Source: a phage
Sequence record: PZ386971.1
Reading direction: 5' to 3' (one strand)
DNA length: 64,000 nt
Shown piece by piece: positions 6,925 to 17,073 of the stretch. Made by a program: the position numbers and the translations under genes. Each line of letters begins with the position of its first letter. The first letter of the stretch is position 1. Under the pieces are notes generated by a model. It saw only the letters and a program-made list of their open reading frames with translations, ran no database searches and was not told where the DNA came from.

Positions 6925-8643
6925 GTGACAGCATTCAACCAATATACCAAGGCGCTTGACGGCGTCGGACCAGTCAGCATAGACCGCATCAAGTCTCTTG
7001 CCACTGAGTTCTTCCCGTATGACACCGCCAACCCCGGCCAGATGGAATGCATCGTTGAAGCCATTGATGCCCTTGTGAATAAGAAATTCAAACACGTGAT
7101 CATCGAGGCTCCGACTGGTGTAGGTAAATCCCTCATCGGCACTACCATCCATAATGTGCTTCGCCATTTGGTTCTTGAGCACAACCCGTATGGTCAGTTC
7201 CGCACGTCTATCACGACGCCGACCAAAGGTTTACAGGATCAGTATGCAGCAGAGAAAGCCGTGGCGATAGACATCCTGAAGGGCAAGAAGAACTACCGTT
7301 GCCACATCAGTCCCGACCTATACTACAACGCCATTCAGTGCCGTATGGCATGCCGTGATGGCCACTGTAGTAAGAATCGTTGCCCATATGTTCAGGCGCG
7401 TCGACAGTGGACCGACGTCTCCTCCCTGCGCTGCACCAACGCCGCCATGATGGTGGAGATGTGTACGACGATTTGTATGAAGCCGGAAAACCGTGCCGAT
7501 ATGCTGATCCTTGACGAGTGTCATAAGATGCCCTCTACGCTCCTAGAGCATACTATCATGGAATACAACATAAAGGCTGTGGAAGGGTTGCTTACGATCC
7601 CCGAGGGAGTGCCTATCGTGGAGACCATCAAGGATATCATCATCCGCACAGAGAACTATGAATTGGGCAAGCTGTATTCCCTGTCTGGTGAGATGCATGC
7701 GATATTTGATGAACTACACGGCAAGGTTGAAGCCCTGTTGGAAACTCTTGAAGAACTGGTAGAGGATGAGCGCCTGACTGAAGCCCAGGTGATGAAGCTG
7801 TCTGATATTATTGATAATCTTCACAACCTCAGTGACTACTGCGGTATCATGGGGCAGACCAACGCCAGCACTTTCATCGTACAGGAGAAGGACAAGGGTA
7901 TGATTCAGTTCAAGCCTGTCATCGCCTCTGATGTATCCCAGTTCGGTCTGTTCCGCAAGGGTGACTACCACGTTCACATGTCGGCGACCATCTGCGGGAT
8001 TGACTCGTACGCCCGGTCACTGGGTATCCGCGAGGGTGAGTACCACAAGATACAGATCGGCAACCCTATCCCGATTGAGAACCGGAAAGTCAACTACATG
8101 CCCATCATGAAGATGACAGCGAACATGGGTGACTACGAGATGAAGAAGCTGGCTGAATACGTGGATGAAATTATCGCGTTCCACCCTGGGCAGTCTGGCA
8201 TCATTCACACAGTCAGTTATGACCGCGCCCTGGCTCTACAAAAGTTCAGTAAGTACCGGAATATGATTCACGTTCCTCGTACTCGTAAGGCTCTGATGGA
8301 CATCATGGAAAACGCGTTCAGGACGAAGACGCCTTGTGTCATCGCCAGTCCGGCCATGGAAGAGGGGTATGACTTCAAAGGCGATTATAGTCGATTTCAG
8401 ATCTTGATCAAAGTGCCATACGATTACCTTGGTGATCCTCTGGTGGCCCACGTCAACAGTGTGGACCCATCGGCGTACTTCAGGATGGCGGTACTGCGTA
8501 TCGTTCAGATGTGTGGGCGTTCGGTCAGGGGCGTGAATGACTGGGCTGCGACGTACATCCTTGATTCTTCTTTTGAATCACTGATGATGCGCAACCCAGA
8601 GTTCTTCCCCGCTTGGTTCACTGATGCCGTGTTTGAGGTTTAG
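6925..8643 (+). CDS. SF2 DNA helicase, Rad3/XPD/DinG-like with Cys cluster (GTG start)
   Basis: Walker A APTGVGKS, DECH box, Cys-rich insert CRMACRDGHC; AGGAGG RBS before GTG. Confidence 0.7.
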   Translation: MTAFNQYTKALDGVGPVSIDRIKSLATEFFPYDTANPGQMECIVEAIDALVNKKFKHVIIEAPTGVGKSLIGTTIHNVLRHLVLEHNPYGQFRTSITTPTKGLQDQYAAEKAVAIDILKGKKNYRCHISPDLYYNAIQCRMACRDGHCSKNRCPYVQARRQWTDVSSLRCTNAAMMVEMCTTICMKPENRADMLILDECHKMPSTLLEHTIMEYNIKAVEGLLTIPEGVPIVETIKDIIIRTENYELGKLYSLSGEMHAIFDELHGKVEALLETLEELVEDERLTEAQVMKLSDIIDNLHNLSDYCGIMGQTNASTFIVQEKDKGMIQFKPVIASDVSQFGLFRKGDYHVHMSATICGIDSYARSLGIREGEYHKIQIGNPIPIENRKVNYMPIMKMTANMGDYEMKKLAEYVDEIIAFHPGQSGIIHTVSYDRALALQKFSKYRNMIHVPRTRKALMDIMENAFRTKTPCVIASPAMEEGYDFKGDYSRFQILIKVPYDYLGDPLVAHVNSVDPSAYFRMAVLRIVQMCGRSVRGVNDWAATYILDSSFESLMMRNPEFFPAWFTDAVFEV

Positions 8644-9407
8644 TAACCCGCAACGAAGGACAGATGGCACTTGACATTCGGTTCCAACGACGTCACAGAA
8701 ACCGTCATATTGTCCGTATCTTGGCTGAAGTCAATGGTGGCGAGAGGTTTGGTCTGAATATGGTTGTAAACACTGTAGATCAGATCCTCGCCACGATACC
8801 CTACCTTCCCGTCGGTGTCTTGCCAATGACCCAGTGTTTCATCGTAGACATGCACTCTGAACTCGATCATATGGAAGAGTGCCTTGGGGATGTCCTTGAG
8901 TACGCTGGTGCCAACCACGGGAATCTCTATGCTGGAATCATTGGAGTTCCCTTCATAGACCGAAGCCCATGCAAAGGTAGGATCACCCCCAGCAACAGGG
9001 GTTCGCTTCCAGTATTGGAATTCTGGGTTGCCTGAAGCGTTCTTCTGAAGTAGAATGACCTCACCACCTTTGAAGTTCGAGGTATCGATGTCGCCTCGCT
9101 GAAGTTCATCTGCTGGAGATCCAATAAATTTCCAACCTTCGCGATCCAGTAAAGACTTATAATAGTCGGTGAACACGTTGCTGTCTTCTGCATCGTTGAT
9201 GGCATCTTTGAGACCTTGGCCTGTCACCATCTCGTTGAGCTTCAACCACATGTTCTTGACAGCAGACGCTGCTGCGACTTGTCCAGCAGTCCCACCTGCA
9301 GCATAATCATAGATGATATCTTCTGACTTGATAGCATCATAGATAGAGAGGAGCAATTGCTCAATCTGCGGGGCGGTGAGACTGAAACGATATGCGCGGG
9401 GTGCCAT
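8640..9407 (-). CDS. hypothetical late protein (255 aa)
   Basis: Internal ATG with GAGGAATGA RBS; TATAAATA late-promoter motif about 35 nt upstream. Confidence 0.5.
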   Translation of the reverse strand: MAPRAYRFSLTAPQIEQLLLSIYDAIKSEDIIYDYAAGGTAGQVAAASAVKNMWLKLNEMVTGQGLKDAINDAEDSNVFTDYYKSLLDREGWKFIGSPADELQRGDIDTSNFKGGEVILLQKNASGNPEFQYWKRTPVAGGDPTFAWASVYEGNSNDSSIEIPVVGTSVLKDIPKALFHMIEFRVHVYDETLGHWQDTDGKVGYRGEDLIYSVYNHIQTKPLATIDFSQDTDNMTVSVTSLEPNVKCHLSFVAGY

Positions 9408-9439
9408 AGTTTCATTCCTCTTTCTATAAAACCAGTTTG

Positions 9440-9452
9440 GGATATTTATATC
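9440..9452 (-). promoter_or_regulatory. T4-type late promoter (GATATAAATATCC on minus strand)
   Basis: TATAAATA core upstream of 9407 start. Confidence 0.5.
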
Positions 9453-9980
9453 ATGATAGAAATTTATTCTGACGGGGGTTCTAACCCGAAGACCAACCAG
9501 GCCGCAGGCTGGGCATTTGTCATCAGGCCAATAACGGGTATGCAATGGAAGGTGTTCTTCGGTCATCTACCTCCCCCGTCCACTAACAATATCGCCGAGT
9601 TGTTGGGTGTGACCAACGCATTGAAGCTACTGTGGGCATTCTCAGGAAAGGGTGAGCGCAGAATACCAAAGGCAACAATTTGGTCTGACAGCCAATATGC
9701 CATCAAGAGTGTCACCGAATGGCGAGCGAAGTGGGAGTATCAGGGTTTCCCAGAAAAGAACGTTGAACTCATCAAAGATCTGTTCAGAATCTATGATCTC
9801 GTTTGTTCAATTTGTGATGTTGAACTAAAATGGGTTAAGGGTCATGCGGGGCACGAAGGCAACGAACTTGCCGATGACTGGGCCACAGCAGCCAAAAACG
9901 ACAGCAACTTCCTGATTGAGAATGACAAGATCTCAGTGAAGAAGGTTGTTGGATCTTTTGATGAATTTATCGGTATCTGA
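9453..9980 (+). CDS. rnh: ribonuclease H (RNase HI-like)
   Basis: Motifs IEIYSDGG and HAGHEGNELADDWA; internal ATG. Confidence 0.8.
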   Translation: MIEIYSDGGSNPKTNQAAGWAFVIRPITGMQWKVFFGHLPPPSTNNIAELLGVTNALKLLWAFSGKGERRIPKATIWSDSQYAIKSVTEWRAKWEYQGFPEKNVELIKDLFRIYDLVCSICDVELKWVKGHAGHEGNELADDWATAAKNDSNFLIENDKISVKKVVGSFDEFIGI

Positions 9981-9991
9981 GGGCTTTCATA

Positions 9992-10783
9992 ATGGGAATG
10001 AACTTCGTGGACAGAGGGGAGAATGTCGTCAAATATTTCACGGACGAAGACAACGAGCGTGTCATTAGTATCCTTCGTGATTGGATCCCCGCCCGCAAGA
10101 AAGCACTTGCTGAGGGCACCAGGCTTCCAAAGATCCCCAACTATGTTGCTCTGCAGGTCCAGCGCATCATCACCAAGATGAGTACCCGCTACAACTATCG
10201 CGACTATCCCTTCCGTGAAGACATGGTCTCTGAAGCAATAGTCAACATCCTGCGCTACCTCCACACCTTTGACGTCGAACACATTGGAAAGAAAGGGAAG
10301 ATCAACTTCTTCTCTTGGGTGACCATGTGCGCTGATCGATCATTCGCTCGTAAACTGAATATCGAAGAAGAACACACGTACATCAAATTGCGCTCATTTG
10401 AAGAGGCGGGTGGGTTCGCAGGCCTGGCAGACGATCCCGACTTCCAACAAGAGATCTTTGTTGACGCGACAGGGATTGGTATGGACTTCCGTGAGCGTAT
10501 CGGTAACTTTGAGAACAAAAAGGACGCTCAAAGGCAGAAGGAGCGAGAGAAGGTGGAGGCGGCTCGTCTCGCAGAATCGAATAAAAAGATTGCGAAAGGC
10601 ATACTTCAATACATGGCGCAGGCTAAGAATACGGTAACAGCGCAGGCCGAAGACAATTCAGATCAGGACTTTGGCAAAACCCAATTCAATCTGGAAGATG
10701 ATATCTGTGCGATGGAACCAGATTGGGAAGCCCTCAAACAAAGATTAGAAGAACGGGAGAAAAAGAATAATGGCGATTGCTAA
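9992..10783 (+). CDS. late-transcription sigma factor, T4 gp55-like, with C-terminal charged extension
   Basis: Block-wise similarity to recalled T4 gp55 (ILRDW, RYLHTFD, NFFSWVTMCADRSF). Confidence 0.6.
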   Translation: MGMNFVDRGENVVKYFTDEDNERVISILRDWIPARKKALAEGTRLPKIPNYVALQVQRIITKMSTRYNYRDYPFREDMVSEAIVNILRYLHTFDVEHIGKKGKINFFSWVTMCADRSFARKLNIEEEHTYIKLRSFEEAGGFAGLADDPDFQQEIFVDATGIGMDFRERIGNFENKKDAQRQKEREKVEAARLAESNKKIAKGILQYMAQAKNTVTAQAEDNSDQDFGKTQFNLEDDICAMEPDWEALKQRLEEREKKNNGDC

Positions 10784-11885
10784 AATCGGCGATCTGCATA
10801 TCGGGAGCCGTAATGGTTCCCGATACGTTCGCGACTTCATCAAGAACTACCTCATCAATTATTTCATCCCTGAACTTGTCGCCTCCGACATCCATGAGGT
10901 CTGGCAGTTTGGTGACACATTTGACGTCCGCAAATTCATGTACGGGCGTGACAAGGACTGGTTGAAAGATGAGCTGACTCCGGCGCTGAAAGCTGCTGGG
11001 ATCAAGTGGAATGGTATTGTTGGCAACCACGACATCACCCTGGAAGAGTCTAACCGCATCAACTGGCCATCCTACCTGAACGAACTCGACCCAGATGTAT
11101 ACTGCTATTATAGCGAACCGACCGAAGTGATGATCGAGGGTGTCAAGACTCTGCTCCTACCGTGGATCAACAAGGAGAACTATGATGCGTCTATTAAGGC
11201 GTTACAAGATACAGACGCCGAGTACTGTTTTGCGCATCTGGAGTTGGCAGGGTTCAAAATGTACCAGTCCTCTACTTGTGATCACGGTCAGATCGACGTT
11301 GCGTTGCTTTCCAAGTTTACCAGGGTCGACACGGGGCATTTCCATACCCGTTCGATGGAAGGTAACATTCAGTATCTTGGGACTCCGTATCACCTGAACT
11401 GGGAAGACTACAAAGATGGCACCAACCGTGGCTTCTATGTGGACGACATGCGCGGCGGTGAGGTATTCATTCCCAACAGCGAGCACCAGACGTTGTTCCG
11501 CTATGTGGAATATGATTACACCAAGTTGTCCTCAGACGATGAGGGTAACTGGATCGACCCGGAATGGTTGAACACAGGCTTGGGTATTGAAGGGCAAATC
11601 GTTAAGGTTATTGTACAGAATCGCGACAATGCTAAGCATTATGAAAAGTTCTGTGATGCAATGAAGCGATGCAAGTGTATTGACTACAACTTCATCGACC
11701 GGACTATTACCGTAGCGGCTGAGAAGGTTGAGGTCACCGAAGAGATGGTGGCAACCGACGCAGTGGAAGTCCTAAAGAAGGATATCCGCGCCGGGAACAA
11801 CATCCAGCGCCCTGAAAACGTCTGCAAGCTAGCAGAGCACTTCTACAACGCTGCCCAACAACGCCTGAATACACTGGATGCATAA
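10770..11885 (+). CDS. recombination nuclease subunit gp47 (Mre11/SbcD-like phosphoesterase)
   Basis: Metallophosphoesterase motifs GDLHIG, GNHD, GHFH. Confidence 0.85.
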   Translation: MAIAKIGDLHIGSRNGSRYVRDFIKNYLINYFIPELVASDIHEVWQFGDTFDVRKFMYGRDKDWLKDELTPALKAAGIKWNGIVGNHDITLEESNRINWPSYLNELDPDVYCYYSEPTEVMIEGVKTLLLPWINKENYDASIKALQDTDAEYCFAHLELAGFKMYQSSTCDHGQIDVALLSKFTRVDTGHFHTRSMEGNIQYLGTPYHLNWEDYKDGTNRGFYVDDMRGGEVFIPNSEHQTLFRYVEYDYTKLSSDDEGNWIDPEWLNTGLGIEGQIVKVIVQNRDNAKHYEKFCDAMKRCKCIDYNFIDRTITVAAEKVEVTEEMVATDAVEVLKKDIRAGNNIQRPENVCKLAEHFYNAAQQRLNTLDA

Positions 11886-11886
11886 C

Positions 11887-14223
11887 ATGACTCAAAGTAC
11901 AGATATCCTGGCCAAATTTGGCAATCTTTTGAAGGAAGCTGACACCCCGGTAGAGGTGGAAGTCCCATTTGAAGTGCGTGATAACGTTACGCACAAACTG
12001 ACTTTCCGCAAAGGTCGCGCCAAGAACTTCCGCTCCATCGGCAATCAGTTCATGGAGATTGATTATCAGCGCAACCCAGCCACCCTTGTCACGTCTGATG
12101 ACAACGGCGCGGGTAAATCCACGATGTTGGTATGGCTGCTGTTCTTCGTACTGTACAACACCACGTACAGTAAGAAGGAGAAGAAGGCAGGCCTGGTTAA
12201 CTCACAAAGCCGCAAGGAATGTGTGGGTGAGGTAGAGTTTGCCTGTCGTGGTAGTGAATGGAAAGTTCGCCGGGGTATCAAGCCCGACTTTGTTGAAGTC
12301 TACCAGATGGTGGACGGTAAGTGGTTGCAGATCGATAACGAAGCAGCCAAGGCCGACATGAACAAGTACATCGTGAACCTCATCGGTGTAGACCAGAAGA
12401 TGTTTGAGAACTCTCTGGTGCTGGGTAAAGAGAAGTTCATTCCGTTTACGGAGATGTACACTGCCGACCGTCGCGCCATGGTGGAGACAATTTGGGACTT
12501 GGGCTTCTTCAGCCTGATGAACGAAGATGTCAAGGCCGCCATCAAAAAGGCAAATACAACTCTGGACTCCATATCTAACGAATGCGCACTGAAGGTTATT
12601 GACCACACCAACAAGAAGACGCAGCTTCAGCAGATCGAGCAATCCAACGCCCTGATCCAACAGCAGTCGGCCGATATCCTTGTACAGCAACAGGAAGCCC
12701 TGAATTCCCTGGATGCTGACATCGCTTCCCAGAACGAAGAGCGCAGCCGCCTCACTGCGGTTGAGTTCGAAGCCACCCAGGAAATGAAGACGGTAGAAAA
12801 CCGCCTGAATGATGAATCCATGGTGGAGATCGAGGCTATCAAGAAAGACTTTGATGCCAAGATCCAGGCGGTGAAGGATGCCGCTCAGGAAAAGGCCGAT
12901 GATTATGAGCGCATCGAAGTGTCTACTGCGGAGCATGAACTTCAGGTCTTGCGTGACCGTGCCTTTACAGTGGCCGAAAGCAAGAACACCCTGCTCACCG
13001 AGCGCAACACAAACCTGGACGCCCTGAACGCTGCTATTCAGCGCCGCCAGCAGGGTGAGAACTTCCGCATCAAGTTCCAGACCGAAATGGACGGACATCA
13101 GTCGGCCATCAAGCGCTTCCACGACATGGGGACTTGCCCTACCTGTACCCAACTGGTGTCTGATGACACCAAGGCGCGGATTGAGAGTGAGTACAATCCT
13201 CAGATCCAGGAACTGCAGTCGAAGTTAGATCAACTAGACAAAGTTACCGCCGATATCAATGTCCTGATCGATGATCACAAGGCTCAGGACGATAAGTTGG
13301 TTGCTGACATTGCTGTGTTGGACACTGAACTGGATGCAATGCGCAAGCAGGCTGACGAAATCGTTGACAACATCAAGCAGCTGCGCCGTGATATTCAAGG
13401 TTTTCATGATGCTGCCACGATTGAGTGTAATTCACTGAACCGTGAATGTCAACAGAAGATCCTTGACATCCGTAAGGCACTGAACGTTCGTTTTGAAGAC
13501 ATCACTGCGTCACTACAACAAACTCGAGAGAATGCCGTCAGCGGGATTAAAGCCGTCGATGATAAGATCGCCGAGCTGAAAGCCCGTCGTGCTCCTCTCG
13601 TGGCGTCTATTGCCGATCTGGAGCGTAAACTGGCTGTACAACCAACGCCTACCGCCGAACTAGAGAACTCTATCGCTGTGTTGGAAGGTGAACTGGAGGA
13701 TCTATACCAGCGCCGCGAGGATGCCGATCAGGAACTCCAGGACTTACAGCACCTCCTGTTCTTCCTGAAGGATGACCAGACCAAGGCGCGTATCATCGCC
13801 CTGTATCTGCCATTCCTCAATAGCAAGATCAACGAGTATCTTGAAGCCCTCAACATGTTCTTGGACATCGTTGTTGACGATACCTTTGAGATCACCATGA
13901 GTGCAGCAGGCCGCAAGGGGCAGAGTATCTTCTCCCTGTCTACTGGCCAGCGGAGCCGCCTGAACCTGGCGGTGACATTAGCTCTGCGTGACGTGGCTAA
14001 CCTCAAGGCATCAGTGCAATGTAACCTGTTTGTCCTGGATGAAATCCTTGAGAACATGAGCGAGCGCGGGGTGCAGGAATCGGTTGAGATGCTGAAGCAT
14101 AAGTTCGGCGGGAACAACCTGTTTGTCATCAGCCAGCGTGAGCAGGAGTTCCAGGAATACTTCCAACACAACATTCGCTACGGCCTACGAAACGGCCTGA
14201 CCGAAGTTATCAAGAAGGATTGA
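11887..14223 (+). CDS. recombination ATPase gp46 (Rad50/SbcC-like)
   Basis: Walker A DDNGAGKST, long coiled coil, CPTC zinc hook, Walker B LFVLDEI; alternative ATG at 11878. Confidence 0.85.
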   Translation: MTQSTDILAKFGNLLKEADTPVEVEVPFEVRDNVTHKLTFRKGRAKNFRSIGNQFMEIDYQRNPATLVTSDDNGAGKSTMLVWLLFFVLYNTTYSKKEKKAGLVNSQSRKECVGEVEFACRGSEWKVRRGIKPDFVEVYQMVDGKWLQIDNEAAKADMNKYIVNLIGVDQKMFENSLVLGKEKFIPFTEMYTADRRAMVETIWDLGFFSLMNEDVKAAIKKANTTLDSISNECALKVIDHTNKKTQLQQIEQSNALIQQQSADILVQQQEALNSLDADIASQNEERSRLTAVEFEATQEMKTVENRLNDESMVEIEAIKKDFDAKIQAVKDAAQEKADDYERIEVSTAEHELQVLRDRAFTVAESKNTLLTERNTNLDALNAAIQRRQQGENFRIKFQTEMDGHQSAIKRFHDMGTCPTCTQLVSDDTKARIESEYNPQIQELQSKLDQLDKVTADINVLIDDHKAQDDKLVADIAVLDTELDAMRKQADEIVDNIKQLRRDIQGFHDAATIECNSLNRECQQKILDIRKALNVRFEDITASLQQTRENAVSGIKAVDDKIAELKARRAPLVASIADLERKLAVQPTPTAELENSIAVLEGELEDLYQRREDADQELQDLQHLLFFLKDDQTKARIIALYLPFLNSKINEYLEALNMFLDIVVDDTFEITMSAAGRKGQSIFSLSTGQRSRLNLAVTLALRDVANLKASVQCNLFVLDEILENMSERGVQESVEMLKHKFGGNNLFVISQREQEFQEYFQHNIRYGLRNGLTEVIKKD

Positions 14224-14225
14224 TC

Positions 14226-14390
14226 ATGAACTACGAACAAATTAAACTCGCAATCCTGGTCTTTGCATGCATCATTGATATCGTTGCGTTTTCTCGTGAA
14301 GTCGAAAGGAAAAACTACCTGAAAGCACTGGGGTATCTCGGGTTCTCTGTCTGGTTCTGTTATCTACTTGCAGGTCAAATCCTGAAATGA
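14226..14390 (+). CDS. small membrane protein (54 aa, not in ORF track)
   Basis: ATG overlapping gp46 stop; hydrophobic helices; stop overlaps next start. Confidence 0.4.
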   Translation: MNYEQIKLAILVFACIIDIVAFSREVERKNYLKALGYLGFSVWFCYLLAGQILK

Positions 14391-14716
14391 AAGTCGTCCA
14401 CTTCAAGAAGGAGCCATATGATGTCTACATTGGTCGGCCTGGTAAATGGGGGAACCCGTTTGAGGTCAAAGACCATGGACGAGGCGTCTGTATCGAACTG
14501 TTTGAGGACGACCTGTATGTGCGCCTGATTGAAGGGGATATCACTGAGGATGAACTCCTTGATCTTGACGGGAAGGTATTGGGGTGCTGGTGTAAGCCGC
14601 GCCCCTGCCACGGAGATGTTTACGTCAAAGTCGTCGGGCGTATTAAACTATTCCGCAAGCTGGGCAAATCCTTTACTGAACATCTGAGACAAACGTATGT
14701 CAGAAAACAAAGATGA
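14387..14716 (+). CDS. DUF4326-like protein (GRPGKWGNPF ... CWCKPRPCHGD)
   Basis: Recalled DUF4326 signature motifs. Confidence 0.55.
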   Translation: MKVVHFKKEPYDVYIGRPGKWGNPFEVKDHGRGVCIELFEDDLYVRLIEGDITEDELLDLDGKVLGCWCKPRPCHGDVYVKVVGRIKLFRKLGKSFTEHLRQTYVRKQR

Positions 14717-14981
14717 AATTCAGGAATCCTGTGACATTGCTGTGGAGATATGGAATCGCAGGAATCCTCATTACCAAGTGACCGTCACTCCGAATCGTTA
14801 TCTTGAGCAGGGCGGCCTGATTGTGGTTGATGCTGTACTCGCTTTCAACAAGTACCAAGATATGCAGATCCTGGACGGCAACTTTACCGTCGCGACCAAT
14901 ACGGCATGGGATGACCCTCTACAGTTCGTCTATGGCTGGCTGGAGTGTATCGAGGAATCCTACCACCTCATCTACGAATGA
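14697..14981 (+). CDS. hypothetical protein (94 aa)
   Basis: ATG ORF overlapping upstream gene by 20 nt. Confidence 0.4.
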   Translation: MSENKDEIQESCDIAVEIWNRRNPHYQVTVTPNRYLEQGGLIVVDAVLAFNKYQDMQILDGNFTVATNTAWDDPLQFVYGWLECIEESYHLIYE

Positions 14982-14989
14982 GGCTGAAG

Positions 14990-15021
14990 GGCACTAAATA
15001 CCACGTGCCCTTTATCTTTTA
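14990..15021 (+). terminator. hairpin terminator with TAAATACC in loop
   Basis: GGCAC ... GTGCC stem then CTTTATCTTTT; loop matches late-promoter core. Confidence 0.5.
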
Positions 15022-15080
15022 ACCCCTGTCAGGAGGCTCAAGCGAGCTGCAAGTCGACAAACCACATAAGGAACGCCATC

Positions 15081-15695
15081 ATGACGATGACAACGTTGAA
15101 GGCCATGGCCTTGTCCGTGACCTTTACCATTGCCAGCGGGAATGTGCACGCTTCCCAAAATACAAGTCAATGTGTTTATGATTTCTCTGAGCAACAACTT
15201 AATACGATGGCAACCGCCTATCACGTAGGCAAGACACAAGATCTTGGCTACACTCTGGCCGCCATATCTTGGCGAGAGAGCCGCGCTGGTGAAGATGTAG
15301 TGTCAATGCGATACGGCCTCAAGGCGGCCAACATGGGAGCCTTCCAGAACAAGGTGAAGACAGTTGGTGATCGCGAAGGTTGTAAGAATCGCAAGTGCTA
15401 TGCCAATGTCGCCATAAAGTTGCTGACCGACCAAGAATATGCCGCGCAAGCCGCCCTCGATGAGATACAGTTCTGGCTGACCTATCACAATCAGAATATC
15501 CGCAAATCCCTCTCCTCTTACAATGCTGGCTTCGCCCGTAATCCCGCATCGAACGCTTATGCTGCTGACGTCGTGAAGAAAGCTAAATATCTTCAGAAAT
15601 GTGTGTCTTTCGAAGGCCGGACCATCTCCGAGGTAGATCCTCAGGTGATCGCCATGAACAAGCACACAATAGAGAAACTGAAGAGGACAAGATAA
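15081..15695 (+). CDS. periplasmic lytic transglycosylase (SLT domain) with signal peptide
   Basis: Signal peptide; SLT motifs SWRESRAG, GAFQ, YNAGFAR. Confidence 0.6.
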   Translation: MTMTTLKAMALSVTFTIASGNVHASQNTSQCVYDFSEQQLNTMATAYHVGKTQDLGYTLAAISWRESRAGEDVVSMRYGLKAANMGAFQNKVKTVGDREGCKNRKCYANVAIKLLTDQEYAAQAALDEIQFWLTYHNQNIRKSLSSYNAGFARNPASNAYAADVVKKAKYLQKCVSFEGRTISEVDPQVIAMNKHTIEKLKRTR

Positions 15696-16333
15696 TGAAC
15701 ATCACTCCATCTCAGGCCGGATATGAACATATCTTGGTCTTCATTGCTCTACAGGGTGCGAAGGAAGGCATCATCGTATCCGAGTACTCAGGCACGGTTC
15801 GCCTTGCCGATTATGTCGCACCAGAGGCATTTATCAAGAAGTGTATTGACGCATGGTGCCTCTATGCCCTCGGCACGTATCCTGCTCCTCCTGATGGCGA
15901 GCTGTTGTTTACTGTGCCGACTCCGGCTGCTGGCGATACGGACGCGATCTTTGCCGATATGCTGGCCAAGGGGTATCTGGTGTATGACATCACCCACGAT
16001 GTCTACTCCTTTACTTCGCTGAACACCGTGTTTGGATTCACCATCACATCTGAAGCCAACATCCCTGACTGGGGTATCTTGGCATGGGGTGTTGACGGCC
16101 TGGGTGCAACCTACGCATCGTCTGACGTCGGTGCAGTTCTGATTGATGAGGGTGTCACCATGGAGCAGTACCTTGCCCAGTTCCCTCAGCACAATATCAC
16201 AGGCAGCGACATCATTTTGGTCCAGCCTGGCGCTATCGCTCTCCCCCGTTTGGTGGATGGATGGAATCCTCGGCTGAAGGACATCATCGCAGGTATTCGA
16301 TCCCACATTCCGATTGTGAATCCGACGCCGTAA
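15695..16333 (+). CDS. hypothetical protein translationally coupled to the SLT gene
   Basis: TAATG overlap; internal ATG of track ORF. Confidence 0.45.
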   Translation: MNITPSQAGYEHILVFIALQGAKEGIIVSEYSGTVRLADYVAPEAFIKKCIDAWCLYALGTYPAPPDGELLFTVPTPAAGDTDAIFADMLAKGYLVYDITHDVYSFTSLNTVFGFTITSEANIPDWGILAWGVDGLGATYASSDVGAVLIDEGVTMEQYLAQFPQHNITGSDIILVQPGAIALPRLVDGWNPRLKDIIAGIRSHIPIVNPTP

Positions 16334-16362
16334 AATAATTCAATAAAAGGGGCTTTTGCCCC

Positions 16363-16391
16363 TTTACTTCTTCAATATCCTTCCCTATACT
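16363..16391 (+). promoter_or_regulatory. early promoter TTTACT-N17-TATACT
   Basis: Promoter family member after hairpin AAAGGGGC ... GCCCCTTT. Confidence 0.5.
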
Positions 16392-16439
16392 TCATTCCAT
16401 AAGCAACACAACACCAACTTGAAAAGCAGGAACTACACC

Positions 16440-16715
16440 ATGAAAATTATCCTCGACGCATATATCCGCCACGGTCAGAAATACCTGATGGCCAAGGTTT
16501 ACGACGGCGAAGAATTGATCCACGCCCAGACCGCCCCAGCTGCCCAGCTGCGAGAAATCATGTCACGCGACTTCCCTGGTGTTGAAATGGTAGAGCCTAC
16601 CAACCAGGCCGAAGTAGACAAAGAGTGGGAGCGCGAATGGAGTCCAGCGGCTATCGCTCGGGCTGAAAAGAATTGGTCTAACCGCGAAAACGCAAACCGC
16701 CCTTTCCGCCGTTAA
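16440..16715 (+). CDS. hypothetical early protein (91 aa)
   Basis: ATG after conserved leader AGGAACTACACCATG. Confidence 0.45.
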   Translation: MKIILDAYIRHGQKYLMAKVYDGEELIHAQTAPAAQLREIMSRDFPGVEMVEPTNQAEVDKEWEREWSPAAIARAEKNWSNRENANRPFRR

Positions 16716-16737
16716 TTTGAACCGAAGGAACTATATC

Positions 16738-17073
16738 ATGACACAACTCAAGAACTTCACCGCCGATGACATGTTTGCCTTCCAGGGTGCTGAGCACTTT
16801 GCTGACGGCTCCGTACCTCGCATCTACTACTTCTCCGACGAAGAAATGGAAGATTTCTTCGCCCTGATGGAAAAGGACTACGAACCAGACGACTTCGTTT
16901 ATATCATCCATCACGCCGAAGGACTGACATTGGGCTGGACGGCCAACAATGAACCAGAAGAAGTAAACTTCCCTGAAGGTATCATGTCAGAGCGCGTCGA
17001 ATATCTACTGGAAGCCCTGGACCCCCACACCCTCCCGCTCTGGGCGATGTCTGTAGCCCAAGTTCAAAAATAA
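16738..17073 (+). CDS. acidic small protein (111 aa)
   Basis: ATG after conserved leader AGGAACTATATCATGAC. Confidence 0.45.
   Translation: MTQLKNFTADDMFAFQGAEHFADGSVPRIYYFSDEEMEDFFALMEKDYEPDDFVYIIHHAEGLTLGWTANNEPEEVNFPEGIMSERVEYLLEALDPHTLPLWAMSVAQVQK

Noticed and set aside
9421-9430. CTATAAAACC upstream of the RNase H gene as a late promoter
   Set aside because: Core is TATAAAAC not TAAATA; RNase H is normally an early or middle function; the true late element here is on the opposite strand
12202-13152. 316-aa minus-strand ORF antisense to the gp46 gene, plus many similar antisense or out-of-frame track ORFs (for example 356..643, 2100..2606, 5282..5752, 23525..24133, 55891..56871, 56983..57498, 59772..60362)
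   Set aside because: They lie inside genes with strong homology-based support on the other strand or frame, lack RBS, and have low-complexity composition typical of antisense frames
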